This document shows, one piece after another, positions 13,376-25,430 of a DNA stretch of 64,000 bases (the stretch's first letter is position 1; every line of letters starts with the position of its first letter). Source of the DNA: Vicugna vicugna (lineage: Eukaryota); assembly GCA_013265495.1 (NCBI GenBank), contig MU058065.1:10085720-10149719 (forward strand). The letters run 5' to 3'. Position numbers and translations under genes: made by a program. A model generated the notes under the pieces. The model saw only the letters and a program-made list of their open reading frames with translations, did no database searches and was not told the origin of the DNA.

Positions 13376-13676
13376 AGCATTTTCCAACATATGATCTATA
13401 AAATTCGTCTTTAAGAATCTTCTTGAAAAAGAAAAGGTGCTTTAATCCAATACGTTGAAGAAATGCTGGCTATACTATCTCCTTTCTCAGACATTCACAG
13501 TGCACACAAGGGTATTAACGGCTTCTAGCTGTCCTGCAATAAAGAAACTGGTTTAAACTCTGTTGAACCCAGCATTTCCCAAACTTATTTCTCCAGAGAG
13601 TTCTTCCTTTCTTTTTTTTTTTTTAGGACATGAAACAGAATTAATGTTCCAAAGAAAAGACTTCAGTAAAAGCCAG
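13376..13676 (-). mobile_element. hAT-Charlie MITE (MER112-like)
   Basis: attcacagtgcaca ... gtcctgcaataaagaaactggtttaaac ... aacccagcatttcccaaacttattt. Confidence 0.55.
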
Positions 13677-14559
13677 ATTAACTATTTCTTATCATTGACA
13701 TTTAAATTATGCTGAAAATGAGGTACAGAAATTTCCTGAGAATTTCTTCATCTCTGCTTTCTATTACCACTGATAACTGCATGTTATGTAATCATTCAGG
13801 ATAAGTGGGCCAGGATTCCAGCTCATTCTTCTTCTCAAAAGAATAGAAATATGTCAATCTTTTTATCATAATGATCAGCCGACTTAAAAGCTGACTCCTG
13901 TTCTCATCCAACTTAGCCCCAGCAGACGCAGTCCTGGTGCAGAGTCTATGTCTTCCATAGATGGTCATGCCCTGGGTCTCTGAGAACTCTACAAGCAGAC
14001 CATTCAGCCTCCTCTTTCTTTAAATCTTCATAAGGAAGGGTGTTCAGGAGCTGATGGCATTTAGGATTATTTCCCAAGAAGCTGAAAAGGAAGACTCATT
14101 CACCAGTGCGTTAGGTTACATGCTTTTGTAAAGATGTAAGATGCAGGAATAATGTAGCATATTATCCATTTCCATAAAGAATGAACATGTGAATAACTGT
14201 AACATAAAGGGTAAAAATTTAAAAGTCCTGCAAAATGGGTCTAGAAGAATGTGGTCAATGATTTCTATAACATTGGTTAAATGTTCACCTGTACGTGGTG
14301 GAGTTCCACCCAAGAGAATTATTAGACATTCCCAAAGGGTAAAATCACATGATTCAAGACAGAATAAGTCAATAAAAAAGTAAGAAAACTTGGGGAAGCC
14401 AACAGAAATCGATGGGAGCTCTATTGAGAGGGTTGGATCAAAACATAAGGTCACAAAATGATTAAAAAGTTTTTATTTTAATCCAAATATCAGTTGCAAA
14501 AATATATAATTCCTTACTTTTGTGCCTTAGAAAGATTATGGTTAACAGGAACATTCTTT

Positions 14560-14912
14560 ATATACTGCATCTTCTTTATCCGATCATCTGTCAATGGACA
14601 TTTAGCTTGCTCCCATGTCTTTGTTATTGTAAATAATGCTGCTATGAACATTAGGGTGCATGTGTCTTTTCAAATTAGAGTTTTCTTCAGATAAATGCCC
14701 AGGCGTGGGATTACTGGATTGTATGGTAACTCTATTCTTGGTTTTTTAAGGAACCTCCGTACTTTTCCATTGTGGCTGCACCAAATTACATTCCCACCAA
14801 CAGTGTAAGAGAGTTCCCTTTTCTCCACACCCTCTCCAGCATTTACTGTTTGTGGACTTTTTATTGATGGCTGTTCTGATTGGTGTGAGGTGATATCTCA
14901 TTGTAATTTTGA
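14560..14912 (-). mobile_element. L1 ORF2 C-terminal fragment
   Basis: Strong L1 hallmarks: gctatgaacattagggtgcatgtgtc, tacattcccaccaacagtgtaagagagttcccttttctccacaccctctccagca, ggtgtgaggtgatatctcattgt. Confidence 0.9.
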
Positions 14913-15140
14913 AAATTCATCTTAATTTACTTTTATTGAAGAAAATTACACAAACACTATTCCATCTTAGATTCTCACACTACTGGTAGGTGCTTAGGGA
15001 TAAAGATTCAAGGTGTTAGACACTCATTCACGTTGAGAATGTAACAGCTTTAAAAATAAACTTGATTTTTCATGGCTGACAAGCTATGTTGATCTTTTTT
15101 CCACATTCATAATCAATCTCTGAATCACAGAATCATAACT

Positions 15141-15345
15141 GCCTTAGTCAGTGTTCTCCAGAGAAAAGGAACCAATTGTGTGTTTGTGTGTATTTGTGTG
15201 TGTGTGTTGTAAAGAGATTTACTTTAAGGAATTAGCTTCAGCAATTATAGAGACTGGTATGTCCAAAATTTTTAGGGTTGGCCAGCAGCCTGGAGACCTG
15301 GAGAAGAGCAAGTGCTACAGTTCAAGTCCAAAAGCCATCTGCCGT
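15141..15345 (-). mobile_element. ERVL LTR fragment (MLT2-like)
   Basis: ttagtcagtgttctccagagaaaaggaaccaat (TG)n agagatttactttaaggaattagct ... ggccagcagcctggagacc. Confidence 0.7.
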
Positions 15346-15552
15346 CAAGTCCGAAAGGATAAAAGATAAATAAAGACAAGAATATGGTGGTGTTGTAATC
15401 GAGAGGAACAACAACAGCAGGGGGCAACTGTCTGTAATTAAACAAGAAAAAAACAATAAACGTTGAGAGGCGTTAAAAACTGTAGAACATACCATTGAGA
15501 GTTTTTTTCATATTTGGTATTCTATATATGAAGAGCAATGCTAAAGTTATTT

Positions 15553-15582
15553 CACACACACACGCACACACACACACACACA
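15553..15582. repeat. (CA)5 CG (CA)9 microsatellite
   Basis: Read directly from the sequence. Confidence 0.95.
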
Positions 15583-16779
15583 CGATAGTCTTATGGATAA
15601 TGACAAACAAAATGAAAAATAACTATTTTATAAGCAAGAAGCACACCCATGCATTTGTGGACTGCTGACCTCACTTGTTTTACTTAACAACCCGTCATAT
15701 TTTCCTTTATATTTTCAATCACACTCCTGGAAGGAGAAATTTTACCATGTTACTCCAGACTCACAAAAATCCAAGATAAATTCTAGATCCCAGTGAGATT
15801 TAAGTGTCACCTTGCCGGTCAAAAGTGGGGTTGTGTGAGTTTTTCCACTCTTTCAATAAACGCTGTCAGAAACATTCTACTTTGATATTCTTAAACCTAA
15901 AAGATTTAAATTCATTTAATGTTTTGAAGAGACTGTATCTGTTACCTCTAGGGGACATTCTCTGTTCTTCTTTCCCCAATCCAACTCTAGTCTCCATAGG
16001 GTATCTATATTATTCTCAAATTGCACTATCTTTATTCCGCTTACTTTAAACTGTCCAATAGTTAGGGCGTACACAGCAGGACCCAGTAGCTACTTGTTCT
16101 AAATCTGTTCAAAATCCTTTCACCCTAACTGCTGGCACGGCCGGGTCCGGTGCCAATCAGATAGTTCATTGTTCTTCGTAGTCACACAGCTGCTCATCAA
16201 ATGCACAGCTGTGGCACTGACCTATAGTAATATTATTCAGAGAATCAGCCCAGTTTTATGAAACAGGCATGTCCTCATTTAAAATTCCCAAGGATCTCCT
16301 ATTGGCTTTGTCATTGGGTCTATATTTTGTTAAACTTTCAGGGAAGTGTTTTTTTGTTATCAACAATCAAATATTATATTAGTAAAACTTGCCTAGGACC
16401 TGTACAATGCCAGCTATTACAACCAGGATCAAATGGTCTTTCTGCATTGTGAAATTCAGGGAAAGAAAAACAAAAGGGGCTTAAATGACTTGAGAAAATG
16501 CTTATATGTTCCCGTCTCAGCATTCCTGAGGAAATAGACAATTCTTAATAGGAAGTTTGTTTGAGATACAGTTTGAAGCAAATAAAATAACTGTACTATT
16601 TCTAGAAACAAGAGAATTTGGAGCAATTGAGCATTTGTCATTGTCTAGGTCATAGTTTTAGATATTTTGAGGCCTATTTTACAAACTTTAAAGATTTCCA
16701 AGAGGTGTTTTTTTTTTTCAAAGTAACATGACTATTCAACAAAAATACATATTTCCAAGGAGATGAGGTCTGCTACTTC

Positions 16780-18400
16780 TTTTTTAAATTTTATTTTTAA
16801 ACTATCATACATTAAAATTGACTTTTCTTAGTGTAAAGTTATATGATTTTAACACATGCTTAGATTTGTATAAAAACCAAAGTCAGGAGACAGAACTCTT
16901 ACATCGTCCTCAAAACTCCCTCATGCTACATATTTACAGCTGCACTTCCCCCAGCCTCTCTACCCTTAACCCCATCATGACAGTTTTGTATGTTTTGAGA
17001 GTGACAGATGAATATAATTACGAATAAATGTAACCTTTTATAAACTTCTTCTTTAGCATAATGCCTTTGAGATGTACTGACAATTTGTCCCTTTTTATGG
17101 CTGAATAGTATCTCACATGTGATTTTAACACATTCTTTTCCATCCTCCCACTATAGGACATTTGGGTTGTTTCCAATTTTGGGTAATTATAAATAAGAGT
17201 TACTGTTAATATTTGTGAACAGGTATTTATGTGAACATATGTTTTCATATTTCTAGTCTAAATACCAAAGAATAGTGATCTGGTAAAGATGTTTCTAACT
17301 CTGTAAAACACTGCCAGATTACTTTGTAGAGGGGCTACATCATTGCTGGGATCATACCAGCAATGTAGGAGAGATCTAATTGTTCTGTATCCTCATCAGG
17401 ACTTGAATTAGTCACACAGACTTTGGTATTATTTACCTGAGTAATTCTAATATGTGTGTAATTATATCATATAGTGATCTCAATTAGCATATTATTAATA
17501 GTTAATGATATTGAACTTTTCCTGTGCTCAGTAGCCATCCATAGAATCTCTTAAAGTATCTGTTCAATCCTTTGATCATTTTTAAATTATGTTGTATGCT
17601 TTCTTATTTTGAGAGTTCTTTATTTAGTTTTTACATGATTCTTTTGAAGATTTGTAGTTTGCAAATACTTTGTGGCTTATATTTCCATTCTCTTAATATA
17701 TTTCACAGAGCAAAAGTTTGGGATTTTGACGAGTCATTTTATCAATATTTTTTCCTGTGGATCAAGCTTCAGGTGTTATGTATAAGATCTATTTGTCTGA
17801 TCCCAGGTCATGAAGATATTTTCATTTTTTCCAAAAGTTTCATAGCTTTAAATTTTCCATTTAGGTCTATAATCCACTTTGAATCAATTTTTCATATAAT
17901 TTTTAGATTTAGGTTAACTTTCACTTTTTTGCCTATGAAATTTTTTGAAAAGAATACCCTTTCTCCATGGAATTGCTTTCTTCACTCATGTCAAAATCAC
18001 ATGGCCATATCTCTGTGGTTCTATTTCTGGCCTTGTTACTCTGTTTCATTGATCTATGGGTCTGTCCCTCTGCCAATAGCATAGTCTTGGTTTTTTAACT
18101 CTTAAAATCAGGTAGTGTAATTTCTCCAACATTACTTGCTTATTCAAAATTGCTTTAGTAATTCTATTCTGTCTATTTTCTATATAAATTTTAGGATCAG
18201 CTTGTCTATATTCACAAAAAGTTCTGCTAGAATTTTTCACAGGAATTCCATCAAACTTATTGATCATTTTGGGGAGAATTCACCTTTTTAAATATGTAAA
18301 TTCGTACAGTCAATGAACATGGTTTGTCTCTTATTTATTTATGTGTTGATTCCTTTCATCAGTGTTTTGTAGTTTTTAGCTTATGAATCCTGTATATGTG
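16780..18400 (-). mobile_element. Old L1 (L1MB/MC/MD-type) 3' UTR plus ORF2 3' end
   Basis: ggacatttgggttgtttccaatttt, tttaggtctataatccactttgaatcaatttt, aattttaggatcagcttgtc; supplied minus ORFs 17018-17248 and 18046-18267 are decayed ORF2-like text. Confidence 0.85.
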
Positions 18401-18499
18401 TTGTTGGAAGTTTTATTTAGATTGTCTCTTTCCATGACTAGGGTTCTAACCTTGTGTAATGTAATTGTGTTCATAAAACGAAATACATTTAGTTGCTTT

Positions 18500-18623
18500 T
18501 ATTATACTCTGTTAGCCTGAAGTAAGTCTTGGTCCCATTCACACTGAAGAGAAGGGGAATTTGTAAGGGCAAGAATACCAGGAGGTGTGAATCATGTGGA
18601 CTACCTTAGATTATCTCCACCAT
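18500..18623 (-). mobile_element. MLT1 LTR fragment
   Basis: aagggcaagaataccaggaggtgtgaatcatgtggactaccttaga. Confidence 0.5.
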
Positions 18624-18677
18624 ATCTATTTGAAATATAGTTTCTACAAGAAACTATACAGTTGAGCTATAAGGAGA

Positions 18678-18900
18678 TTATAGTTAATAATACTGTACTG
18701 TATACCTGAAATTTACTGAGAGTAAATCTTAAGCATTCCTACTGCACACACAATAAAACTGGTAACTATGTGAAGATGTGTTAATTAGCTTGATTGTGAT
18801 AATCATTTTACACTGAATATGAATATTAAATCATCACCATGTGTACTTTAAATATACGCAATTTTTATTTGTCAATTACACCAGTAAAGATGTAAAAATA
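18678..18900 (+). mobile_element. L1MA-type 3' end
   Basis: tatagttaataatactgtactgtatacctgaaattt ... gttaattagcttgattgtgataatcatttt ... caatttttatttgtcaatta. Confidence 0.8.
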
Positions 18901-20387
18901 CCTGAATTTACCAAAAAAGCATCACTGTGTACCATTTTTTTGCTCACCAAATTAGTAAAAGTTAAAGTGAAATAAAATGACATGCTAACATCATGTGTGG
19001 AAAACAATTGGAAATCTACAGTAAATAAAACCACTTAGATCCCTTATTAATAGTAAATTAAGGAGATCAATGGTTATTATTCAAGAGATCAGCTATTGCC
19101 TTGCAGCCCACATGGCCATGCCATCACAGCTGTAATTGGGTCATGCTTGCCAATGCTTAGCAAAACACTATTTACATAGATTAAAAAAACAAAAAGCTTT
19201 GAACCTAAAAAGTTAATATATATATAAATAATATTTATCAAATCAAATAAAAATATTTAATTTAGTATAATTTTTATAAAATAAGAAGATGAAATTAGGA
19301 TATAGTGCCATGTCCTTTTGTAATGATTGAGGATTTATATGTTGTCTTGGTGCAAATGTAGATGGTAAACTTTGTGGCAAAGAGATGATGATCAAGGAAA
19401 CAGAAAAACATAACCTATGAGCGCTGTGGCGTATCAGTAAAAATTATTTGAAAATAAAGGTGAGGTTTTTATTTTTCCCTAGCATGATATTTATAAGGAA
19501 TTATGACCGTTCTAATTTCATAGCTAAGTAATCTGTTTTAAATGTGAAACATGATTGCAAACTATTTCCTGTAAAGGGAGGGGGAAAAGACTTGCTTTTC
19601 TATGACCCATATATTGACATACATCTATCTTGCTTTTTTCCCTGAAAAGATTTGTATCAGTAGTTCTATAGATGGTTTAGGCTATATGGAGGCATAAAAA
19701 GCATTCAATTAAAACTGTTGCAAACAAATTTCCTGACAGCATAAACTATTGATTTGGTCTTGTGAATTCATAAATCAGATTTCCCCACATGCTCATTCAA
19801 ACTACAAAGCCAAAAACACACCCGAATTCCCCTATATAATTTGTTTTAAGCTTTTTTTCCTACATTTTTAAAATGATTTTTGAAACATGTGAGTTTTTTT
19901 TGAAATTCAGATAATAAAAATTCAATTCCTATACCATTATTACCTAAAAACAATATTTATATAAATTTTACTTACATTAAAGTCATGGTTTTATATTAAA
20001 CAAATCCAACAAACATGTTTCTTTTATTGCTTGGTTTTTTTAAAAAAATAGTTATATGATCACTTTTTTGTTTGTTCTAAATAGCATTTTCTTTGGTTTC
20101 CAGATAATGTTTCATGACCATATGGAACTCATTTTGAACAATGCTTGGCAATTGAAGTGACAATAACTATTTCTTCATAATTCCCAACAGAGATTAAAAG
20201 ATGAAAAATTCAATCTTATGAATCTTTTCAGAAACCTTGGCATCTAATTTAAAAATATGTAGGTGAGTTTTTATATATTGTTTTATTGTTTTGGCATTAT
20301 TTATATAGGGCTATTATTAAACTCTTATTTCCCTCAAAAAAATGAAAACAAATACTTAGGTCTTTTATGCTTTTACACAAAAGGGAA

Positions 20388-20590
20388 CATAGTGGGAGGA
20401 ATAAGTCCTGGACCTGATGTCAGAGGAACTGGAGTTCACGTTCAGGCTGTCACTCTCTGAGTGGGATGCCTCAATTCACTCCATCTCTCCGACTCTCAAG
20501 TTTCTCAGCTGCAGAACAGGGTTGTAGCACCATGCTTTTCCTGTGTTACAAGGTGATGGTAAATACCAGATTGAATGGAATAATGCATAA
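20388..20590 (+). mobile_element. MIR SINE
   Basis: gtcagaggaactggagttcacgttcaggctgtcact ... ctcaagtttctcagctgcagaacaggg (MIR core). Confidence 0.55.
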
Positions 20591-20766
20591 CAGCTAACAT
20601 TAACTGGCTGCTTAACGGGCCCGGGCACTGGGATAAGTATTTTTCCACATGAGCAATCACTTTTGATCTTCTCAACAGCCCTGTGAGGTATGCATCTTGC
20701 TTATCTCGTTTTAATCATGAAGGAAGTCAGCCTAAGAGAGATTAAGCAATTTTTTTCAGGTCACAT
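20591..20766 (-). mobile_element. MIR SINE
   Basis: tcttctcaacagccctgtgaggta ... agagagattaagcaatttttttcaggtcaca. Confidence 0.65.
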
Positions 20767-21167
20767 GATGACAGATTTTGTGATGTAGGAGCCCATACTC
20801 TTGACACTTACACTGGCTGAGAGGATTTGCACACTAAATCTCCCATGCTTAACAGATTTTTCACTGTTCTGAATAAAGACATTCAAGTTTTTTTGTGTGA
20901 GCTATTTTCATTAAACATGTTATAATAGAACTAAAAAAAAAAACATTTGGGGAGTCAAATGAATTTGTTTTTTTTTTTTTTTCTTCTTGGACAGAGCACT
21001 CCTTCACCCTTGGCTTCTGCCCGTGAAAAATAGAGAAGCTATTAATAAGTAATCTTTTCCAAATTCAATTAATACACTAGATTGAAGAAAAGAGATAGAC
21101 ATTATCATTTCTTTTCAAGGATTTTTTTTTTCAAAGAAGTAACTTGGCTTTACTCATACCTTAGAAG

Positions 21168-21277
21168 TAGGGTGACCAACTGTCTCAATTTGTCCAGGAT
21201 TCGGGAAGTTCCTGGAGGTGGGATTTTGAATACTGAAACGGAAAGTCCCACGCAAGTCAGGATGACTTAGTCACTAC
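21168..21277. mobile_element. hAT-Blackjack MITE (MER94/MER81-like)
   Basis: TIR-like ends tagggtgaccaactgtctcaatttgtccagga ... gcaagtcaggatgacttagtcactaca. Confidence 0.65.
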
Positions 21278-21519
21278 ACTTACAAGCTTAGAATCAATCT
21301 TTTTTCATTAAATAGGTCCAGGCTTAGCTTCTGCCACACTGGGTATCACTTAATTTCCTTTCAGTTGATCAGATAGTTTCTACCAAAAAACATCTTATTT
21401 TACTGGAATTCTGATCCACATCTATTGTTCAATCCAGAACTAAACTAGAATAAATAAGCAACAAAACTCAAGTCCTGCCAAATTGCATATCATACACATG
21501 GTTTATCGGCTGCATGCAG

Positions 21520-21930
21520 TAAAAACTAATTCAAGATTGAATAAAGGAGAAAAATAATTCCTTTATTATAATGACATGGGGCATCTCGTGGAAGCCAATG
21601 CAACGGAAAAACAATTGAGTCTCAGGAATGAATTGGAACCAGGAACAAGAAGACTCCTTTTTGTTTCTCATTTGCTCTTCTTTTGTATTTCCTTCTACCA
21701 CCCTCTTCTTAGTCTTGTGAGCCTCAAGTTCACATGGTGAAAAACATGACAAGTACAGCTAAGGTGTTAATGTATTACAGCTAAGGTGACAGACTTTATA
21801 AGGGAAGTTGTCTCTTTGGGCCCCAATTTCAAATTCCTGGGAAAGAGACTGACATCCGTCCTTCGATCATTGCCTCAATCATTGCACTGAAATCAGGGCA
21901 CAGGGTCATGATGTAAAAACAAGACTGCCA
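21520..21930 (-). mobile_element. Old MaLR LTR remnant
   Basis: tctcaggaatgaattggaaccagga, aaattcctgggaaagagactga, cagggtcatgatgtaaaaacaagactgcc. Confidence 0.4.
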
Positions 21931-22799
21931 AGAATCACTTCTATAATCAACTAGATGTGCTCAGGCAGGGCAAGTACCCATAAAGAGAAAAGGCCAGGTA
22001 GACCATACATATGGTATCTAATGTGCCTTCTTACTTAGCTTTCAGAGGCAAAAAATAACCCACACGTGTTTGCTGAAAAAGACAATGTTAAAATGAAACT
22101 GCAAATTCATGTCCGATGACCAAGATCTTGTCTAGGTTTATCGTGCCTTCAGCCTGAAGTCGTTCTTGTTTTTTAAGCTGAAAATTCTGGTACAGAGTTA
22201 TGTGACACAGATCCATAAAGAATCAACACTATCATTTGCAGTAATTCTGGAAAAACAAGAAAGAACCTACTTCCTTCTCTAGGAGGTTACTTCACAAATA
22301 AAATAATTCAACTTACATAGAAGAAAAAATGTTTAGGTACCCTAACCAAGTTAAAGTTGTTGATTGATGCACATCACTCTATTTTGATTATTTATTTCAG
22401 AAGAAATGGAAGATGGTGAGAAGCAAATACTTTTACACCACCAATATCTTGAAATCATGACTAGAAGACTTCTTTAAGAAGTCTTTTTTGACCATTCCAG
22501 CTCGTTCTATTCTTTTTTTCTCTGAATTTGTTTGTTTTTAGAGTTAGTATCATTATATATTATTTGACTATGTTTTAATTGATTCTAGTAACATATTGTG
22601 AGACTATAAATTTCGTGAGAGGAGGGCCAATATCTTTATAACTTTAAATATCTCTCCTTTTTCTCTTTGTTTTTCTTTTCCTCTCACTCTCCTTTCTTCA
22701 CCATCTCTTCTTCACCATTTAGGGAACAATAAATCAATTTATGGAGCTGTATGCCTTTCTATAGCCTGGGTGCGGGAACAGACATAGAGAATAATTGAG

Positions 22800-22995
22800 A
22801 ACAAATATTTGTTGAATCGTTACTCTGTATCTTGCAACTTTCTAATGTCTTTTTTTTTTTCTAAATGTCTTACATTAATTGTCTCACTTAATTCTCATAG
22901 AAACCTAAGGTGTTAGGTGTTAGGTGTTATTATTTCCTTTATTGTACAGATGAAGAAATTGAGAAACAGTGTTTAGAAACCTGCCCAAAACACTG
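22800..22995 (-). mobile_element. MIR SINE
   Basis: ctcacttaattctcatagaaaccta ... attatttcctttattgtacagatgaagaaattgaga ... aacctgcccaa. Confidence 0.65.
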
Positions 22996-25204
22996 GGGAA
23001 TAGTGAACTTTTGAAACTTGGCATACTCTTAACTATCATGTAATATGCCATTTGTACACTTTGGAAAATTTTACACTCAAGATAAATTTTATAAAAATTT
23101 TCAGTAATTTTATTCTCTACTTCACTCCCACATCCCATATTGCCTAGTGGCTGTGAGCTATAGATACAGTTGGATTCTAGTAAATATTTTTTGATGGATT
23201 AATACAATAAAGAATAAATAACAATTAAATTGTATTAACATGGAATTTGCTTGCTTTGATCTGATCTTTTATTCCATAAGTTTGCCTTTTGTACTTGGAA
23301 ATCTTGTTCAGTTTAAATCCCATTAGCGTATTATGTTTCATTGCCAATGCCTGACTAATTCTCTATACAGGGATGAAATCAAAATTAGTTATTTCCTGTA
23401 CAAAGCTTATGTATATAAGAACTTATATATATAAGTTTTAGTCTAGCTGGGTCATAGACTGAAAAAATGATGTACTTTCCCCTGTGAGATCAGGGAGCAT
23501 GCATTCCCTAGAAAGACAAATCAAAGACTGAGTGATCAAGTAATACAAAAATATTTACATTAAACATAGTTTAACTTCCAATCATATTTTCCAGTATGTA
23601 TATAAATACAGATGGTTTATTAGGCTTGGAAAATTAAGATACGGAATTTACTAAGAGAACGAATTTTACATAATTAATTTAAAGTGGAGAATTTAACGTG
23701 GTAACAAATTTAAAGTGGGGAATTTCTATTTTAGTAGGAATTTATTTCTCTGCATAAAGTATCTTTTATTCTATATGTGATCTTCAGCACATTTTCACTT
23801 ATACTCAGATTATTTGTGAAGTTCTTCTAACATCAGCTACTTAAGTTAATGGCATTTCAGACAGAGTTAAGGGGGCTGGGGGTTGTGATAAATTCTTCTG
23901 CACTCATGTTAAGCCTTTGTTAACTTCCTTTAATAAAAATGGACCAAAAACCAACAACATAAAATCAATTATGCCAATGAAAATAAGGACATTTATTTAA
24001 AATGAGATAAATTGTTCAAAGAGTAGTGTTCTACTAAAGGTTTTGCTTGAATAATCAAAATATACTCATCATCACAAAATGTTTTTTGAATGATCAAGAT
24101 GAGTTTTTTATGCTTTCTCTTAAATGGTAATGAAGAGCCAACCATTTGGCAAGAAACCACAGACCTAATGAGTCCCACCTAATACTGTAGAAGAAATGAA
24201 ATCTGCATCCTCACAGGAGGAAGGAAAACGTGGCAAAAGGACATGCAGTTCTCATAGCAATGACAGTCAGCTGTGCTGACTTAAGAGCAGGGGTTCACTC
24301 ACTGGAAAGAGTAGAGAGGGGTGGAATATTCAAATGGTTCCAATGAATGTTTTGTTGGTAGCAGGGCAAACTACCAGAAAGCCTATAGGGAGAATGTAAG
24401 GCACAATGGAGGTCCAGATATCCAATTTCCCGCTGGCAGAAGAGAATCAATGGAAGGAAGAGGAATAGAATCAGAGAAGGAACAGAAATGCTAGCCCTTG
24501 AAGGCGACTGGATCATCTTGCCCAAGCGAGAGCTGAAGCCCAGAAAGATCAACTGATGTGCTCAAGTTCCCATAACTCACGAGGAAAAGAGCTCTTTTTC
24601 TTCCAACTCTGAAAGTCCTTTCTACTGCATCTTGTGGCTTACAGATCTCACGCCCTTCCATTAGCAAGTGGGATGCCTCCTCCCTTACTCCCCAACCCTT
24701 AAATTCCTTTAACTGCAAGCAACTTATTTTGTGATTCCAGGAAAAGGGGGCTATAAATATTCTTTGAACCTCTCAAGATTTGCCAGCTAATTAGGTGATT
24801 CATTACTCCTTTTAAGTAAAAGGGAATGTTCATTATTCTAGCTATTCTATACATAAGATACTTTTAAAATTTAAACAGCAAATGTTTTTGCAATTTATTG
24901 ATTTATTCTAGAACTCTCCTAGCTAGTTATGCAGTGGCACAAAGATAAAAATAATATTTTCTCTTGAAGCTTAATATCTATACGGAACATTATTAAGATA
25001 CTGAATTCTCTGGACATAAAATCCTTGATTATTTATGGGATTACATTCAATAAAATTTTCCAGCTCTGAAGTAAGCTGGGAGCAAGTCATGTGCAGATGA
25101 GTATTCTGAGATCTTTTAGGATTTCCCAGTCTGACGCTACCCTAACTTTTCAACTTTGTAACTCAAAACCCACTTAAGCAGTCTAAGTAAGCGCTGGAGA
25201 TATT

Positions 25205-25430
25205 TTACATAATTGAATGTGCTACTTCACATACTAGGTCTTGCGTGTGGTTTTACATGCATTGTCCCATCATATATTCAAAGCAGCCCTGTAAATTGTA
25301 TAGTATTCTGTGCCTCATTTTCAGAGACAGAGATCATGATGCAAGATTTATACTACCTTCATAGTAAGTAGAAGAACCAATATTGACACCCATATCTATC
25401 TGAATTCCTGCACTGAATCACTATCCTACA
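25205..25430 (-). mobile_element. MIR SINE
   Basis: ttttacatgcattgtcccat ... aagcagccctgtaa ... cctcattttcagaga. Confidence 0.5.

Noticed and set aside
17572..18084. Longest ORF (170 aa, plus strand)
   Set aside because: It is antisense to a decayed L1. The F/I/L-rich composition reflects T-rich DNA.
23406..23437. 18-bp perfect palindrome aacttatatatataagtt
   Set aside because: Built on a (TA)n core and expected in AT-rich DNA.
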